From positions 219,604,001 to 219,668,000 of the forward strand of contig OX597814.1 of assembly GCA_951406725.2 (NCBI GenBank): DNA of 64,000 bases. The letters run 5' to 3'. The notes under the pieces were generated by a model that did not search any database, was not told where the DNA came from, and saw nothing but the letters and a program-made list of their open reading frames with translations. The translations under genes and the position numbers were made by a program. Origin of the DNA: Octopus vulgaris (Eukaryota). Shown in pieces: positions 38,754 to 51,295 of this stretch; position 1 is the first letter of the stretch, and each line of letters begins with the position of its first letter.

Positions 38754-40714
38754 TAGCGTAAAAATCCATGTAATTTGTGTACCTGTGTAATTTATGCAGG
38801 TTATTTTTCAGGATAAAAATTATTTGAAAAAAAAGCTTCTACTCATGTAAAATTTGCACCTGAATGTGCGATATGGCCGGGGGGGAAAAGCTTTTCAATT
38901 TAGTTGTATTTAGCATAATTTCACTTATGATTAGATTTTATTAAATTTTCATCAAATAAAAATAATTTCTGTTTAACAGGTAGAAAGTTATTAAATTACG
39001 AAGTGTTTGTATTGTTTATAATAAACTTTATTTGACATTTCTTACCTACAAGAAATTATGTCCAATCTTAGCATACTTTTGTATGTCTTCTCAAATCATG
39101 ATCACAGGAAAAGTTGTTGATAATTCTTACCAACAAAAACAAAGCTGATAAATATGCACAGGTGTTGCAAAATAAGTTTAATTACCAATAAATGTCAGCT
39201 TGGATGAGACTTTACTCAACTGACAGAGGAAGGTGACCGATCAAACTGATTATGTAAACAGAATTTTGATTGGTCGAAAGTGTCTTCTTGTCGCAAGCTC
39301 TGATTTTCTGTTTATTCTTGTCAGAACTTTTGATTTGGAATATTGAAATTTTAATCCCTTTCACACTTATAGAATGTCAAGCAAACTTAAAAATTTGTCA
39401 TTACCGTTTTAGTTGGGAGACCAAACTGATAGTTTGGTAACCTGATGAAATAAATATTAAAAATTGAAAGGAGAAAATAAACAGCTTTGCAAGTTTAACT
39501 CAGTGTTTATTGAACAAGAGATGTGCGAAATTTAAGAAGCAACTTGTTAGAATGTACACGTCTGCGAGGAGTCATAAACAAGAATAGCAAAAATCAACTA
39601 TACCAAAAGAACTGGTAATACATACTCTTTACTCTTTTTATACTCTTTTACTCGTTTCAGTCATTTGACTGCGGCCATGCTGGAGCACTGCCTTTAGTCG
39701 AGCAAATCGACCCCGGGACTTATTCTTTGTAAGCCCAGTACTTATTCTATCGGTCTCTTTTGACGAACCGCTAAGTGACAGGGATGTAAACACACCAGCA
39801 TCGGTTGTCAAGCAATGCTAGGGGGAAAAACACAGACACACACTTATATATATATACATATATATGACAGGCTTCTTTCAGTTTCCGTCTACCAGATCCA
39901 CTCACAAGGCATTGGTCGGCCCGGGGCTATAGCAGAAGACACTTGCCCAAGATGCCACGCAGTGGGACTGAACCCGGAACCATGTAGTTGGTTAGCAAGC
40001 TACTTACCACACAGCCACTCCTGCGTCTCATTACAAGTCTCATTACAAGTGTTCTACGAAGAGAACATAAGACTGCTGCATAATTCAACATGACTGTGAA
40101 ATGACATTAAACATCGTATAAGGTAAATGAAGGTTTCTGTAGGAACCCTACGTCATATTCACTTAGTTCACACGCACAAGGATGAACTATGATGTTGTCG
40201 TTGGTGTAAGATGCAGTAAGAGCTGGTTGCAGCGATGTCGGCGGTGATGAATTTCATAGTCCTAACGTGGAGGAAGTGAGCAATAGCTTCCTGGGAGCAA
40301 ACGCAAGCTAGACTTCTTAAGTGGAGAAAAACTGATCTATTTAAGGAAATTGCTGGGCTCCATTGCGGTAGGTAGAAACTCAAAGCAAAGTAAAATATGG
40401 CCCGGACTGTGATTACCAGCATGAATGTCAAACTTCAGAAAGTAGTTAACCATTTAATGGTTTTAGAAAATTTATACAGAAAACGTAAGCATTTTACCGT
40501 CCAGCATAAATAAAAGTCTACTGTATATTTTTTCTGTAAAAACTTATTCTGACATTAAATGAGTCAACTTCTGGTACAAATATTTACATTTGTATGTAAT
40601 TTTTCAACAAAAAAGATTCTGGAAATGATCTACTTTTGTAATTCACACATCCGCTAAAGATTATTTTTGTTTTTTGCGAGAAAAAGTGTGTAAATTCCAT
40701 GGGTTTTTCCAGTA
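38754..40714. mobile_element. Possible degenerate Tc1/pogo-type non-autonomous DNA transposon
   Basis: imperfect ~29-bp inverted termini tagcgtaaaaatccatgtaattt / aaattccatgggtttttccagta with TA ends; SINE A nested inside. Confidence 0.35.
39623..40026 (-). mobile_element. SINE family A
   Basis: full-length reverse match. Confidence 0.92.
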
Positions 40715-40804
40715 ATTTATTGCTGTATTTCATCCCGAAAGTTGAAGAATCGAAAAGAAACCAAACGTTTCTATAAATGGTGCAATATCAAAAACATTTA
40801 ATTT

Positions 40805-41213
40805 TCTTTTATTCTTCTACTTGTTTCAGTCATCTGACTGTGGCCATGCTGGAGCACCACCTTAAAGGGTTTTAATTGAAGAAATCAATCCCAGGACTTA
40901 TTCTTTGTAAGCCTAGTACTTATTCTATCAGTCTCTTTTGCTGAACTGCTAAGTCACCAGGACATAAACAAACCAGCTTTGGTAGTCAAGCGATGGCAGG
41001 GGGACAAACAAAAACACACTCATAAATACATACACATGTATGCATTTATACAATAAGCTTCTTTCAGTTTCCGTCTACCAAATCCACTCACAAGGATTTG
41101 GTCAGCCTGAGGCTATAGTAAAAGACACTTGCTCAAGGTGCCATGCTGTCAGACTGAACCTGGAACAATGTGATTAGGAAGCAAACTTCTTACCTCGCAG
41201 CCATGCCTGCACC
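40805..41213 (-). mobile_element. SINE family A, older subfamily
   Basis: diverged full-length reverse match with extra aagggtttta segment. Confidence 0.85.
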
Positions 41214-42236
41214 TATTTTATATATTTCAGTTTTACTTTTGACTAATCATTTTGATATTTTTTTTACTTTAGCTTTGTAATTTTTTTAGTTTTTTTTGCT
41301 ACTGTTATTTCATACTTTTTTATTTACTGATCTCACTACTAAATTTTGTTCCCTGTAGTGGCCAGGAATTTGGGATTTTCCTTTCAACAGACCCTAAAAA
41401 ATAACAATAATATTGGATAAATTTCTTGTGGAATGGAATTAAACAATTGAAGTAATTCATTTGTCCAGGAATCAAAAGAGATGCAATCATCAAAAATTGT
41501 AATTTTCACATTTGTTTGGTTATTGAAATAATTTCAAACATCTTTTCTCAAGAATTACACTTCATAAAAATAATACAGCACCAGGTATATTATGGAGTAA
41601 AGTATAGTTTGTGTTCATGTAGCTAACGGCAGCAAGAAAATTAGATTGTGGTATGCAGATAACAATAATAAAAAATCAGGTGAACATAAACATTGTATTT
41701 GTTTGTGTCTATCACAGACTCTCTTTTGAATTTAGGTTGTCAGATAATGTTAATTACATGATTTTTATGGTTTTAATTAAAATCTAATTGAAAATCTGTA
41801 ATCTACACTGCCATTGGCAAATAAAGTAAAAACTGTTAACTGCTCTTCTGGTGTGCATGTGTGATGGCCTAGTTGTTTAGAAACTGGCATCAGAATTCCA
41901 TATTATTTCTTCTTGAAGTTGGTCAAGAATTTGTTTTAGATGCAAATATTCTGATATGTCCTTAGGCAAGATAGTTAGCTTGCTTAAGGTAACATTGCTT
42001 TTCAGTATTATTCTACCCAGGAAGCTAATCTATTATTATATACTTGCTTCTTTAAGTGAAGAGAATGTTATAAAATTGGAGACACCTACCTGTCCTATTT
42101 CACTTTGTTGCTTACTCATAGAAACGAAGTTGTCATATGATCCTCTGTCCATTTTATTCTGCTGTCAAGTTTCTATTTATTCTAGTCATTTTTGCAATCA
42201 GACAAGAGACGTTTTGGTCTACATGTATTTGAAAGC

Positions 42237-42592
42237 ACGGCTGATGCCAGCGCGCCTAGACTGGCTTCCGTGTCGGTGGCACGTAAAAAGCACCATCCGA
42301 ATCGTAGCCGAAGCCAGTGCTGCCTTGACTGGCTTCCATAAAATGCACCAATCCGACCGTGGCCGATGCCAGCCTCGCCTGGCACCAGTGCAGGTGGCAC
42401 GTAAAAAGCACCCACTACACTCACGGAGTGGTTGGCATTAGGAAGGGCATCCAGCTGTAGAAACTTTGCCAGATAAGACCGGAGCCTGGTGCAGCCTTCT
42501 GGCTTCCCAGATCCCCGGTTGAACCGTCCAACCCATGCTAGCATGGAGAACGGACGTTAAACGATGATGATGATGATGATGATGATGATGAT
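42237..42592 (+). mobile_element. Family C retroposon
   Basis: very similar to 5761-6125; (GAT)n tail. Confidence 0.9.
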
Positions 42593-42970
42593 AGCTAGCA
42601 AACTATGGAGAATGATGTGAACAAACGTCACTGGCCATAGATCAGTAACTTTCATATGAAGGGCAGAATGTAAGCATTCACACTCCTCCTATATACATGC
42701 ACACAAGCACACTGCTAGCTTTGTGTAGTGTCTGCTTACCAGATTCACTCTCAAATCATAGGATGGCTCTGAGCTGTAGTAGAAGGCACTTTCTGAAGGT
42801 GCCACACTGTGGGACTGGATCTAAAACCACATAGTTAGGGTGCAAGCTTCTAAATTGTAGAGTTACGCCTGCACTTATAAATATACCTGTGTAAACTATG
42901 ATTTCTGATCAAGAAATCTTATTTTGAAGATTAAATATTGTGATAAACTGTAATAGCAATACTCTATTTT

Positions 42971-43108
42971 TCTCTTTTACTCTTTTACTTGTTTCAGTCA
43001 TTTGACTGCGGCCATGCTGGAGCACCGCCTTTAGTCGAGCAAATTGAGCCCGGGACTTATTCTTTCTAAGCCCACTACTTATTCTATCGGTCTCTTTTGC
43101 CGAACCGC
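42971..43108 (-). mobile_element. SINE family A, 5'-truncated
   Basis: tail 140 bp only. Confidence 0.88.
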
Positions 43109-43669
43109 AATGTTTTTTTTTTTTGTTTAAACTATATTAGTTCAAGCATTGATAAATACAAGATGAAAAGGAAAAATAATGATGAGCGCTTTGAGAGAAT
43201 CACATCTTTATTCTGTTTATTGGGTAAAAATACTAATAATTACACTGTAGATTGTGTTATTCTGATCTCAAGGTTTGTGCATCTGAGTTTCATGTGCCAT
43301 ATTATCAGATGTTACTACTGTTGTGTACAAACTGAAGTACTCTCTGTGGTCACATCATTTCTTCATCTTGCATATAACAATGTTGATAAAACAGCTCAAG
43401 ATTTGGCTTGTGTTATCTATTGAGTGGGTTTAGTGCACATCTCAGAAACAGCATGAATATTGCAAATCTCTTCCCCATTTCTCACACTCTGAAACATAAT
43501 GCCTACCTAAGAGAAGGCAATAGGCCTTCTCTTTTTACCATTTTCTTCCTTTTTCAAGTCTTTCACAATTTCTATTTGCAGTGGTAAGTTGTTGATTTAG
43601 TGGTGGAAATTGAATAGATCTCACAGGACAGTTAGCAGATGTATAGATTTCTCTACAGCACTACAGGAT

Positions 43670-44100
43670 CAGAATCGAAATCGATCAATGGAAATTGCAG
43701 ATGTGTTACCAGTGCCGGTGGCATGTAAGAGAACCTTCCGTTTCGCGACCGTTGCCAGCACCGCCCCGACTGGCCTCGTGCCAATGGCACGTAAAAAGCA
43801 CCATCCGTTCGTGTCCACTGCCAGCCTCGCCTGGCCCTCGTGCCGGTGGCACATAAAAAGCACCATCCATTCGTGGCCGTTTGCCAGCTCTGTCTGGCAC
43901 CTGTACGGGTGGCGCGTAAAAAGCACCCACTACACTCTCGGAGTGGTTGGCGTTAGGAAGGGTATCCAGCCGTAGAAACACTGCCAGATATGACTGGGCC
44001 TGATGAAGCCTTCTGGCTTCCCAGACCCCAGTAGAACCGTCCAACCCATGCTAGCATGGAAAACGGACGCTAAACAATGATGATGATGAATGATGATGAC
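43670..44100 (+). mobile_element. Family C retroposon
   Basis: four divergent units, aggaagggtatccagcc, (GAT)n tail. Confidence 0.88.
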
Positions 44101-44991
44101 TACAACTGTTATCCATAAACAGTTGCAATTTGTTGTGATTCTCAATGTCTATTTAGTTTAACACATATACTTGATAAGTCTACGTATTCTGAGTTGGCCT
44201 TTAATACATAAACCAACTGTTGTACGCTTTTTATATTAAATACTTGTCAGTATTGTTATTGTCTTTTTGGCAGGGAGGGTAACTCTAATTGCTTCAGGTT
44301 GGACTGGCCGGTGCCACTCAGCTAGCACATTGGAAGACCGAGATAACTTACAAATCAAGCCCCTTTTTAATGAAGTATACTTTTTTTTTAAATACCCAAT
44401 CTGATTATTTCATTGCTTTGTGGTTCCTGGCAGAATAAATGTCCAGGTGAAAATTGGAAAGGCTTGAACCGTGAACTTATATAATATATATCAAACTATC
44501 ACATCTGTTCTACCACTAAATTAACAACTCACCTTCGCAAATAGAAATTGTGAGAGATTTGTAAGAAGGAAGGAAATGGTAAAAACAAAAGGAAATTTAT
44601 TTAAATAATCTCTAAGTTAAGAATTATTTAGCAGAGTATGAAGTTTAGTTTCTCAGGACATTGACATTGGAATATTTGAAAGTAAACATTGTTATAATGG
44701 TGTATGAGTTGATGTCAGAATGTTAGAGTACAGTTATATAGCTTCATAGAATTTAGTTCAGTATTTTGCTATCATTTCTCTGGGGTCAATAAACTAAGTA
44801 TTAAGTACATTAGTAGCTTTGATTCACTCAGCTTCCTTTCATTAAAAAAGGACCCCCATTGATAGTCACAAGAAATCCTACATGTTGTCAACATTCATTG
44901 TAAAATTCAAACTTTTATCTGTTTATAGTTCAGTGCTCATTTGGACTGTTGCCAAATGTGACCAAAGCTACTCTTGGGAATTCTGTGAAAA

Positions 44992-45735
44992 TCTCTATAT
45001 ATATAAACGGCAGTTTGTCTGTCTGTGTGTCTGTCAGGTTGTACCCTCACCCTGACCACGGCTTTCAACCGATTCTGATGAAACTTGACACACACATAGC
45101 CCAATGTCATAATTCAAAACTAACGCAGTGAAAATTTTTTAAAGTTCCCCCAGTTCTGAAAAAAATCGATAAATTCGACATGGGGTCGAGAATCTAAGCT
45201 TTTTATATGCAACACATTTTCTGTTCTAGTTTTCGCAACTTGCAATCGATTTTCACCAAACTCATGGTGAAGCTTAATGTTACCCTAAGAAACTTAATTC
45301 TGATGTTAGTTTTCCATGCAATACCTTACCATCAGAAAAAATCGATAAAATCATGCCATTTTGGGAAATCGCGTTCAAATTCAAGATGACATCTTTTCGA
45401 CAATATCTTTCACAAATTGGCAGGAATTTTTTAAAAAATTCACAGCAAGCATCATGTCTGCTCCAAGGAGCTATATGGCCCTTTTTATTCCAATAGGATA
45501 CTTTATTACTGGAAAAAATCGGTTAATTAAATCATATGTGGGACACAACTCGACCTTTTTATCGCCCAAAGGGACAGCTAGGAACATTCGTATACACAGA
45601 AGTATTCGAGTGAAGAGAAGACATTGCAACCTACACATGCGCCTTCGTTCCCTAGAGGGAAAGGACTAGATTGTGATTAGTCGTTGCCTACTAGGGGCTC
45701 TTACATACCTGGGCAACGCCGGGCTATGCTGCTAG
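44992..45735 (+). mobile_element. Non-autonomous Helitron
   Basis: A|TCtctatatatataaac start; cctgggcaacgccggg hairpin; CTAG|T end. Confidence 0.85.
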
Positions 45736-45856
45736 TCAAATGCTAAAATGAAGAGGTATCTTCAAAAGCTGTTTGCTAACATCAAAGTGTTTCTAGATAC
45801 TGCATTACACATGTTCCTTTTTGTACCTATTTAGTTGTATAAATACTGTTCACCAT

Positions 45857-46250
45857 TATCATTATCATTGTTCAACATCTGTTTTCCATGTTGGGATGGG
45901 TTGGACAGTTTGACAGGAACTGGCCAAGTGGAGAGCTGCCCAGGTTCCATGTCTGTCTTGGCATGGTTTCTATAGCTGGATGCCCTTCCTAATTCCAGCC
46001 ACTTTACTGAGTGTTGTGAATGCTTTTTACATGCCACTGACACAAGTACATTTTATGAGGCACTGGCACTTGCAAGACAAAGACTTCTTGGCTGGGAGAG
46101 GGAGTCGGGGCACGGCCATAAAGGACATGCTTTTATGTGTGAATGGCTACGATTTTACTTAGCTTGATGTTTTTTCTCAAGTACAGCAAATTGCCACAAG
46201 TCCCGGTCATTTCCTCAGTGAGGGTCAGTGCCTGAAGATCCTTTCTCATA
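45857..46250 (-). mobile_element. Degenerate family C copy
   Basis: ttttccatg..gggttggacag, gctggatgcccttcctaa, tttttacatgccact. Confidence 0.65.
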
Positions 46251-47105
46251 AAAGGTAAATTAAATCAGCAATTTAGTCTGCTAGAAATCTGTTTTCCTTA
46301 TATTGTTCTATGGGTATAGAAAAATTGTTGAAAAATTTTCTTAAATTAATCTTTCTCTTTTTCTCACACCCTACACACCCTTATATCTCAGCCTACCAGA
46401 AAATAAATTTACATATGAAATGTACATTTCAGCTCCAGTTCTTTTCTTTTCTTTTCTTTTCATTTTATTTTAATCCCAAACATTTTATTCCGTGTGGGAA
46501 GCCCATCATCTTTGGACTTCTAAGTTGAACATAAAAATAAAATACAATGATTTCTTATATGGTACTAAGTCACTAATCACGAGGGAAGAGTGATGCTAAT
46601 CTAATCCAATCCATTAAAATACTGGTATTTATTTTATTGACTTGCTTTTTCATCTTCCCTAGAAAATCGAGTCAACCATAGCAATTTCAAGAGTGATGAG
46701 ACTACTCTGATTAGTTTAGTATTGTTTTCTACAAGTGTGGCTGCTATTATACTTCTTTCTGTTTGTTATCAGTCAAAGTTGGTTTATCTGACTTCACTAC
46801 AATTGCGATGATAGGTAGAGAGAGAGAGAGAGAAAGAGCTAAGTAGGCAGATAAGTAGTTTGGTTAGAAGATGAATAATGAAAATGATTTATGACTCAGC
46901 TGATTGATTAAACTGGATCATTTCAGTAACAGGTTATTGCACAATGACTTTTCCTTTGTAACAAAAAAATAGTCTGTTAAGCTTATTTGCTTATTAAAAT
47001 GGTGGATCCTTGATTGGTTTTGTTGACCAACTGAACTACTTACTTGTTAAATTAGCATATAAGTGGCTGAGTATTCCACAAGCTGAATCAACATAATGCA
47101 ATATA

Positions 47106-47674
47106 TGGCCGTTGCCAGCGCCGCCTCGACTAGCTTCTGTGCCGGTGGCACATAAAAACCACCATTTGAACGTGGCCGTTGCCAGTGCCGCCTTGGCTGG
47201 CTTCTGTGCCGGTGGCACATAAAAAGCACCATCCGAACGTGGCCGTTGCCAGCGCCGCCTCGACTGGCTTCTGTGCCGGTGGCACATAAAAAGCACCATC
47301 CGAACGTGGCCGTTGCCAGCGCCGCCTCGACTGGCTTCTGTGCCGGTGGCACATAAAAAGCACCATCCGAACGTGGCCGTTGCCAGCGCCGCCTTGGCTG
47401 GCTTCCGTGCCAGTGGCACGTTAAAAGCTCCAACCGATCGTGGCCGATGCCAGACTCCCCTGGCACCTGTGCAGGTGGCTCATAAAAAGCACCCACTACA
47501 CTCACGGAGTGGTTGGCGTTAGGAAGGGCATCCAGCTGTAGAAACTCTGCCAGATCAGATTGGAGCCTGGTGCAGCCCCTGGCTTCCCAGACCCCCGGTT
47601 TGAACTGTCCAAACCGCGCTAGCGCGGAAAACGGACGTTAAACGATGACGATGATGATGATGATGATGATGATG
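47106..47674 (+). mobile_element. Family C retroposon with five 67-bp units and one 62-bp unit
   Basis: ggcac at 47147, 47214, 47281, 47348, 47415, then 47477; (GAT)n tail. Confidence 0.92.
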
Positions 47675-47756
47675 CAAGACAAAAAAAAGGAAAAAAAGGA
47701 GCTGCCTGTGATGTGACTTTGAAATAGTTGAGTAAGCTTTTATGTTTTTGTTGAAG

Positions 47757-48004
47757 ATAGGGCTTAGAGGTGCAATGAGATTGTAGAATAGGGCTTAGAG
47801 GTGCAATGAGATTGTAGAATAGGGCTTAGAGGTGCAATGAGATTGTAGAATAGGGCTTAGAGGTGCAATGAGATTGTAGAATAGGGCTTAGAGGTGCAAT
47901 GAGATTGTAGAATAGGGCTTAGAGGTGCAATGAGATTGCAGAATAGGGCTTAGAGGTGCAATGAGATTGTAGAATAGGGCTTAGAGGTGCAATGAGATTG
48001 TAGA
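47757..48004. repeat. 31-bp tandem repeat x8 (atagggcttagaggtgcaatgagattgtaga)
   Basis: eight units, one substitution. Confidence 0.97.
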
Positions 48005-48019
48005 ATTAGCTGGGCAGAA

Positions 48020-49132
48020 TTGATAGTCTTAAAATGTTTTTTGTAAATCCTGTGTCTATAGGATGAGATTAATGCAGAGTGTCTGTGGAATAATTGTATT
48101 CAGAAAATGGACTTCAAATGATTCTAAGGTTTGCTAAGATGTTTTTGTTATAGGTGTATAGTTTAGCATATGACATGATGTTCCAGTAAATTTTATTAGG
48201 TTTGTTGGAATTCTTTAATGTCTGTCTGTATACAGAGAACAAGGTTGAATGTGTTCTGTTAGTGTTTCAGAATATATATGTGTGTGTATTGACATTGTAA
48301 GAATTTTACAAACTTTTGAGAGAATGTGATTGTATATCTTGAAGCACACACATAAAACTATGAACAATGCCATGTAAATTATGGGTTGAAAACTCCAAAA
48401 TTTTGCATGCTTACATGATATCGCCTGTTCGCACTGGGGTCAATGTAATCGACTTAATCCCTTTGTCTGTCCTTGTTTGTCCCCTCTATGTTTAGTCCCC
48501 CTGTGGGCAATAAAGAAATATATGTTGTGCTTAGTGATATAGTATTCCAAAAGAGAATCTTATATATATGGCAAGTAATCCCCTATGTCTGAGAGAGAGA
48601 TGATAGGTTGGTTTTAACAGTGGTATAATATACTAGTTCCTTTACTCAGTAGTGTTCCTGGCAAAGGCAGATATTGCGATTGATACAATTTGCCGTTTGA
48701 GTTTTTGTAGTTGCGTTGGATTATTAGTTTTGTTTGATTGAATCTTACTATAATTTGAGTAGAATTCCTAGTGCAGTATAGGATATTCTGACAGGATTCT
48801 GTGGTGGAGAGCATCTATGTAATAACTGGAAGAACTGTTTGGCTATTAAAGCTTGTACTTATAGGTTGTAAAACAGGTTATATCCCTACATATCTTTCCC
48901 AGTGTTTGGTGCGTAGTTAACTTACTTTTCTAAGAGTTTCATTAGAATATTCTAAAATCTCTTTACCTCTTCATTAGAAGATAAAAGGACAGTCTTCAGT
49001 GAAATATTTCCTGCTAGATTGTTGAGATTACACTTGAAGTGTTTTGAAGATTTGTGAATATTTTGTAGGCCTTTTATAGAGACATTATACTGAATTATTT
49101 TATGTGTAGTGTGACATCAAGGAAGTTTATTG
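48020..49132 (-). pseudogene. Penelope-like element fossil: RT thumb, linker and GIY-YIG endonuclease
   Basis: manual multi-frame translation gives, in order, INFLDVTL; IHKSSKH..NLAGNIS...LSSNEEV; IAKQFFQLLHRCSPP; VRISY/CTRN..QII; NCINRNIC...VKELVY.TTVKTN..*GIT...KILFWN; HSTLFSVY..TLKNSNKP.KIYWNI..YAKLY; many stops and frameshifts. Confidence 0.75.
48430..48520 (+). mobile_element. SINE D 3' fragment nested in the PLE fossil
   Basis: matches 55858-55946. Confidence 0.8.
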
Positions 49133-50412
49133 ATGATGATGATGATGATGTATCAACAGTTGGAGTGATCAAATTTCTTAGAATTAACCAGCTATTGTCT
49201 CTATATAACCATGAAGCTGCTTATGCTAAGATTTTAAGATATACTGGCCTACGATGCGGCTAATTTCCTCAAGACAATGAAGAAGTAAATAAATAAATGT
49301 GGTACGACTGGTTTTGTTAGATTTCTATTTTTATAAAAATAGATTTCTGAAATTTCAATAATTTTCTGTATGTTGCTCTTAGAGCTCAAGTTATTTCAAG
49401 GCTTTTAGATAAGATCTCTGTTGTGGAACCATTTCCTTGCTATCTGAACTAGATCCTTGCAGTTCTGTTCACTCCTGAAGGTCTTCAGAAGTAGGGGTTT
49501 TGTTATTAGCTTGCAGTTACTCTTGAATATCACTTGCATCAGCTTTTTCGAACTCCCCTTTCTGTGCTTCTGGTCCAAGGGTTTGGCTGAATGAGCTCCT
49601 CACAACTGTGATCAGCTCATTACCATGAGATTGTGAGTTTGAGCCACTCAGATGGAAAAAATGAGTTGTGCCTGTAGCTCAGTAGGCTCACCTTGTCGCA
49701 TTTGGTTTCCCTGAGAACTCAGTTAAGGGTATGCCTGTCTGTGGAGTGCTCAGCCACTTGCTCAAATCAACTGGAACATTTGCTGTCATAACTGGCAGAT
49801 ACCCAGCCATAACTTTGGATTGAAACTCTGCTGTAGTATAGCTTTCCTTGATTACATTTGAACACAATTTCTCCCAAATCCCTGAGACTTCTATGTTATA
49901 TGCATTTTCAGATACCTTTGATATTTCTTATTGCTGGTATAAATGTAATTTTTCCAGGGTTATTTATCAACAGTTGCTGTAAACAACTGACTTGATTATA
50001 TGCTTTCAAAACAGAAATAACATTCTGACCCATCATGTTGGGGAGAATGTAAATGATTTCAACAGATCCTATATTAGGAGTTTTTTGAGACTTGATTGAT
50101 GACAAGGAGTGGTGACCAAAAACCAAAGTGACTTAGCTTGAAATTATAATTCTTACAGAAAAGTTCATCTAACAGTTCAGTAATAAAAATAAAATCTTTG
50201 TAATTCAAGATTTTTCTGTTAGATTTCCACATAACAGGCAGACCAAAATTCGGATATACCTTTCACTGCTCATGGAGTATCAAAGATAAACAAGCAAGGG
50301 CCATTCAGTTGCTGCAATATCGAGTTTCTTCATAAAATGGTGTTTCTGTCAGAAGTAACATAAAACTAAGTTTGGTGTTTATGTGTGTGTGTGTGTGTGT
50401 ATATATATATAC

Positions 50413-50803
50413 GAGGAGGCGCAATGGCCCGGTGGTTAGGGCAGCGGACTTGCGGTCATAGGATCGCGGTTTTGATTCCCAGACCGGGTGTTTTGAGTGT
50501 TTATTGAGCGAAAACACCTGAAGCTCCACGAGGCTCTGGCAGGGGATGGTGGTGATCCCTGCTGTACTCTTTCACCACAACTTTCTCTCACTCTTACTTC
50601 CTGTTTCTGTTGTACCTGTATTTCAAAAGGCCGGCCTTGTCATTCTCTGTGTCACGCTGAATATCCCCGAGAACTATGTTACGGGTACATGTGTCTGTGG
50701 AGTGCTCAGCCACTTACACGTTAATTTCATGAGCAGGCTGTTCCATTGATTCGGATCAACTGGAACCCTTGTCGTCGTAACCGACGGAGTGCTTCCATCA
50801 TCC

Positions 50804-50804
<1 letters not shown>
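50413..50804 (+). mobile_element. SINE family B inserted in (TA)n
   Basis: full-length match. Confidence 0.92.
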
Positions 50805-50842
<38 letters not shown>

Positions 50843-50892
50843 CCGCGTAAGCTTTCATTCATACTTTGTATATATATATATATATATATATA

Positions 50893-51041
50893 CTAGCAGT
50901 GAATAAAAAAAGGTTGAGTTGCGTCCCCTAGACAGTCTGTGGTTTGTTTCTTTTGATTCTAAGCCGTGGTCAGGGTGAGGGTACGAGAAAACAGACACAC
51001 AGAAACACGCACAGACAAACTGCCGTTTATATAGAGAGAGA
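50893..51041 (-). mobile_element. Short internally deleted Helitron
   Basis: 5' end tataaacggcagtttgtctgt..gtaccctcaccctgaccacggctt shared with 44992; ends ctgctag. Confidence 0.75.
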
Positions 51042-51049
51042 TATATATA

Positions 51050-51246
51050 CATACAAGGAAAATAAGATAAGGTAGAAAATGCTAAAATGATTTTATCATG
51101 AACATTTTAGTACCGGTTTCAGTCTTTGCAACTTTTTCAACTTAGAGTAAAGCATGAAAAAGTCGCAAAGACTGAAACTGGTACTATAATGTTCTTCATG
51201 ATAAAATTATTTTAGCATTTTCTACCTTGTCTTATTTTCCTTATAC
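51050..51246. mobile_element. ~90-bp-arm palindrome, probable Penelope-type inverted terminal remnant with variant hammerhead motifs
   Basis: arms 51050-51139 and 51155-51246 are reverse complements; TTGAAAA-stem-GAAAC-CG-GTA motif. Confidence 0.7.
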
Positions 51247-51295
51247 ACAACTTGTGTGTTCCTTTTCACCCCCCCACCCCCCACCCCCACGGACA

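Noticed and set aside
47757-48004. CRISPR-like or ribozyme repeat
   Set aside because: No spacers and no hammerhead core on either strand
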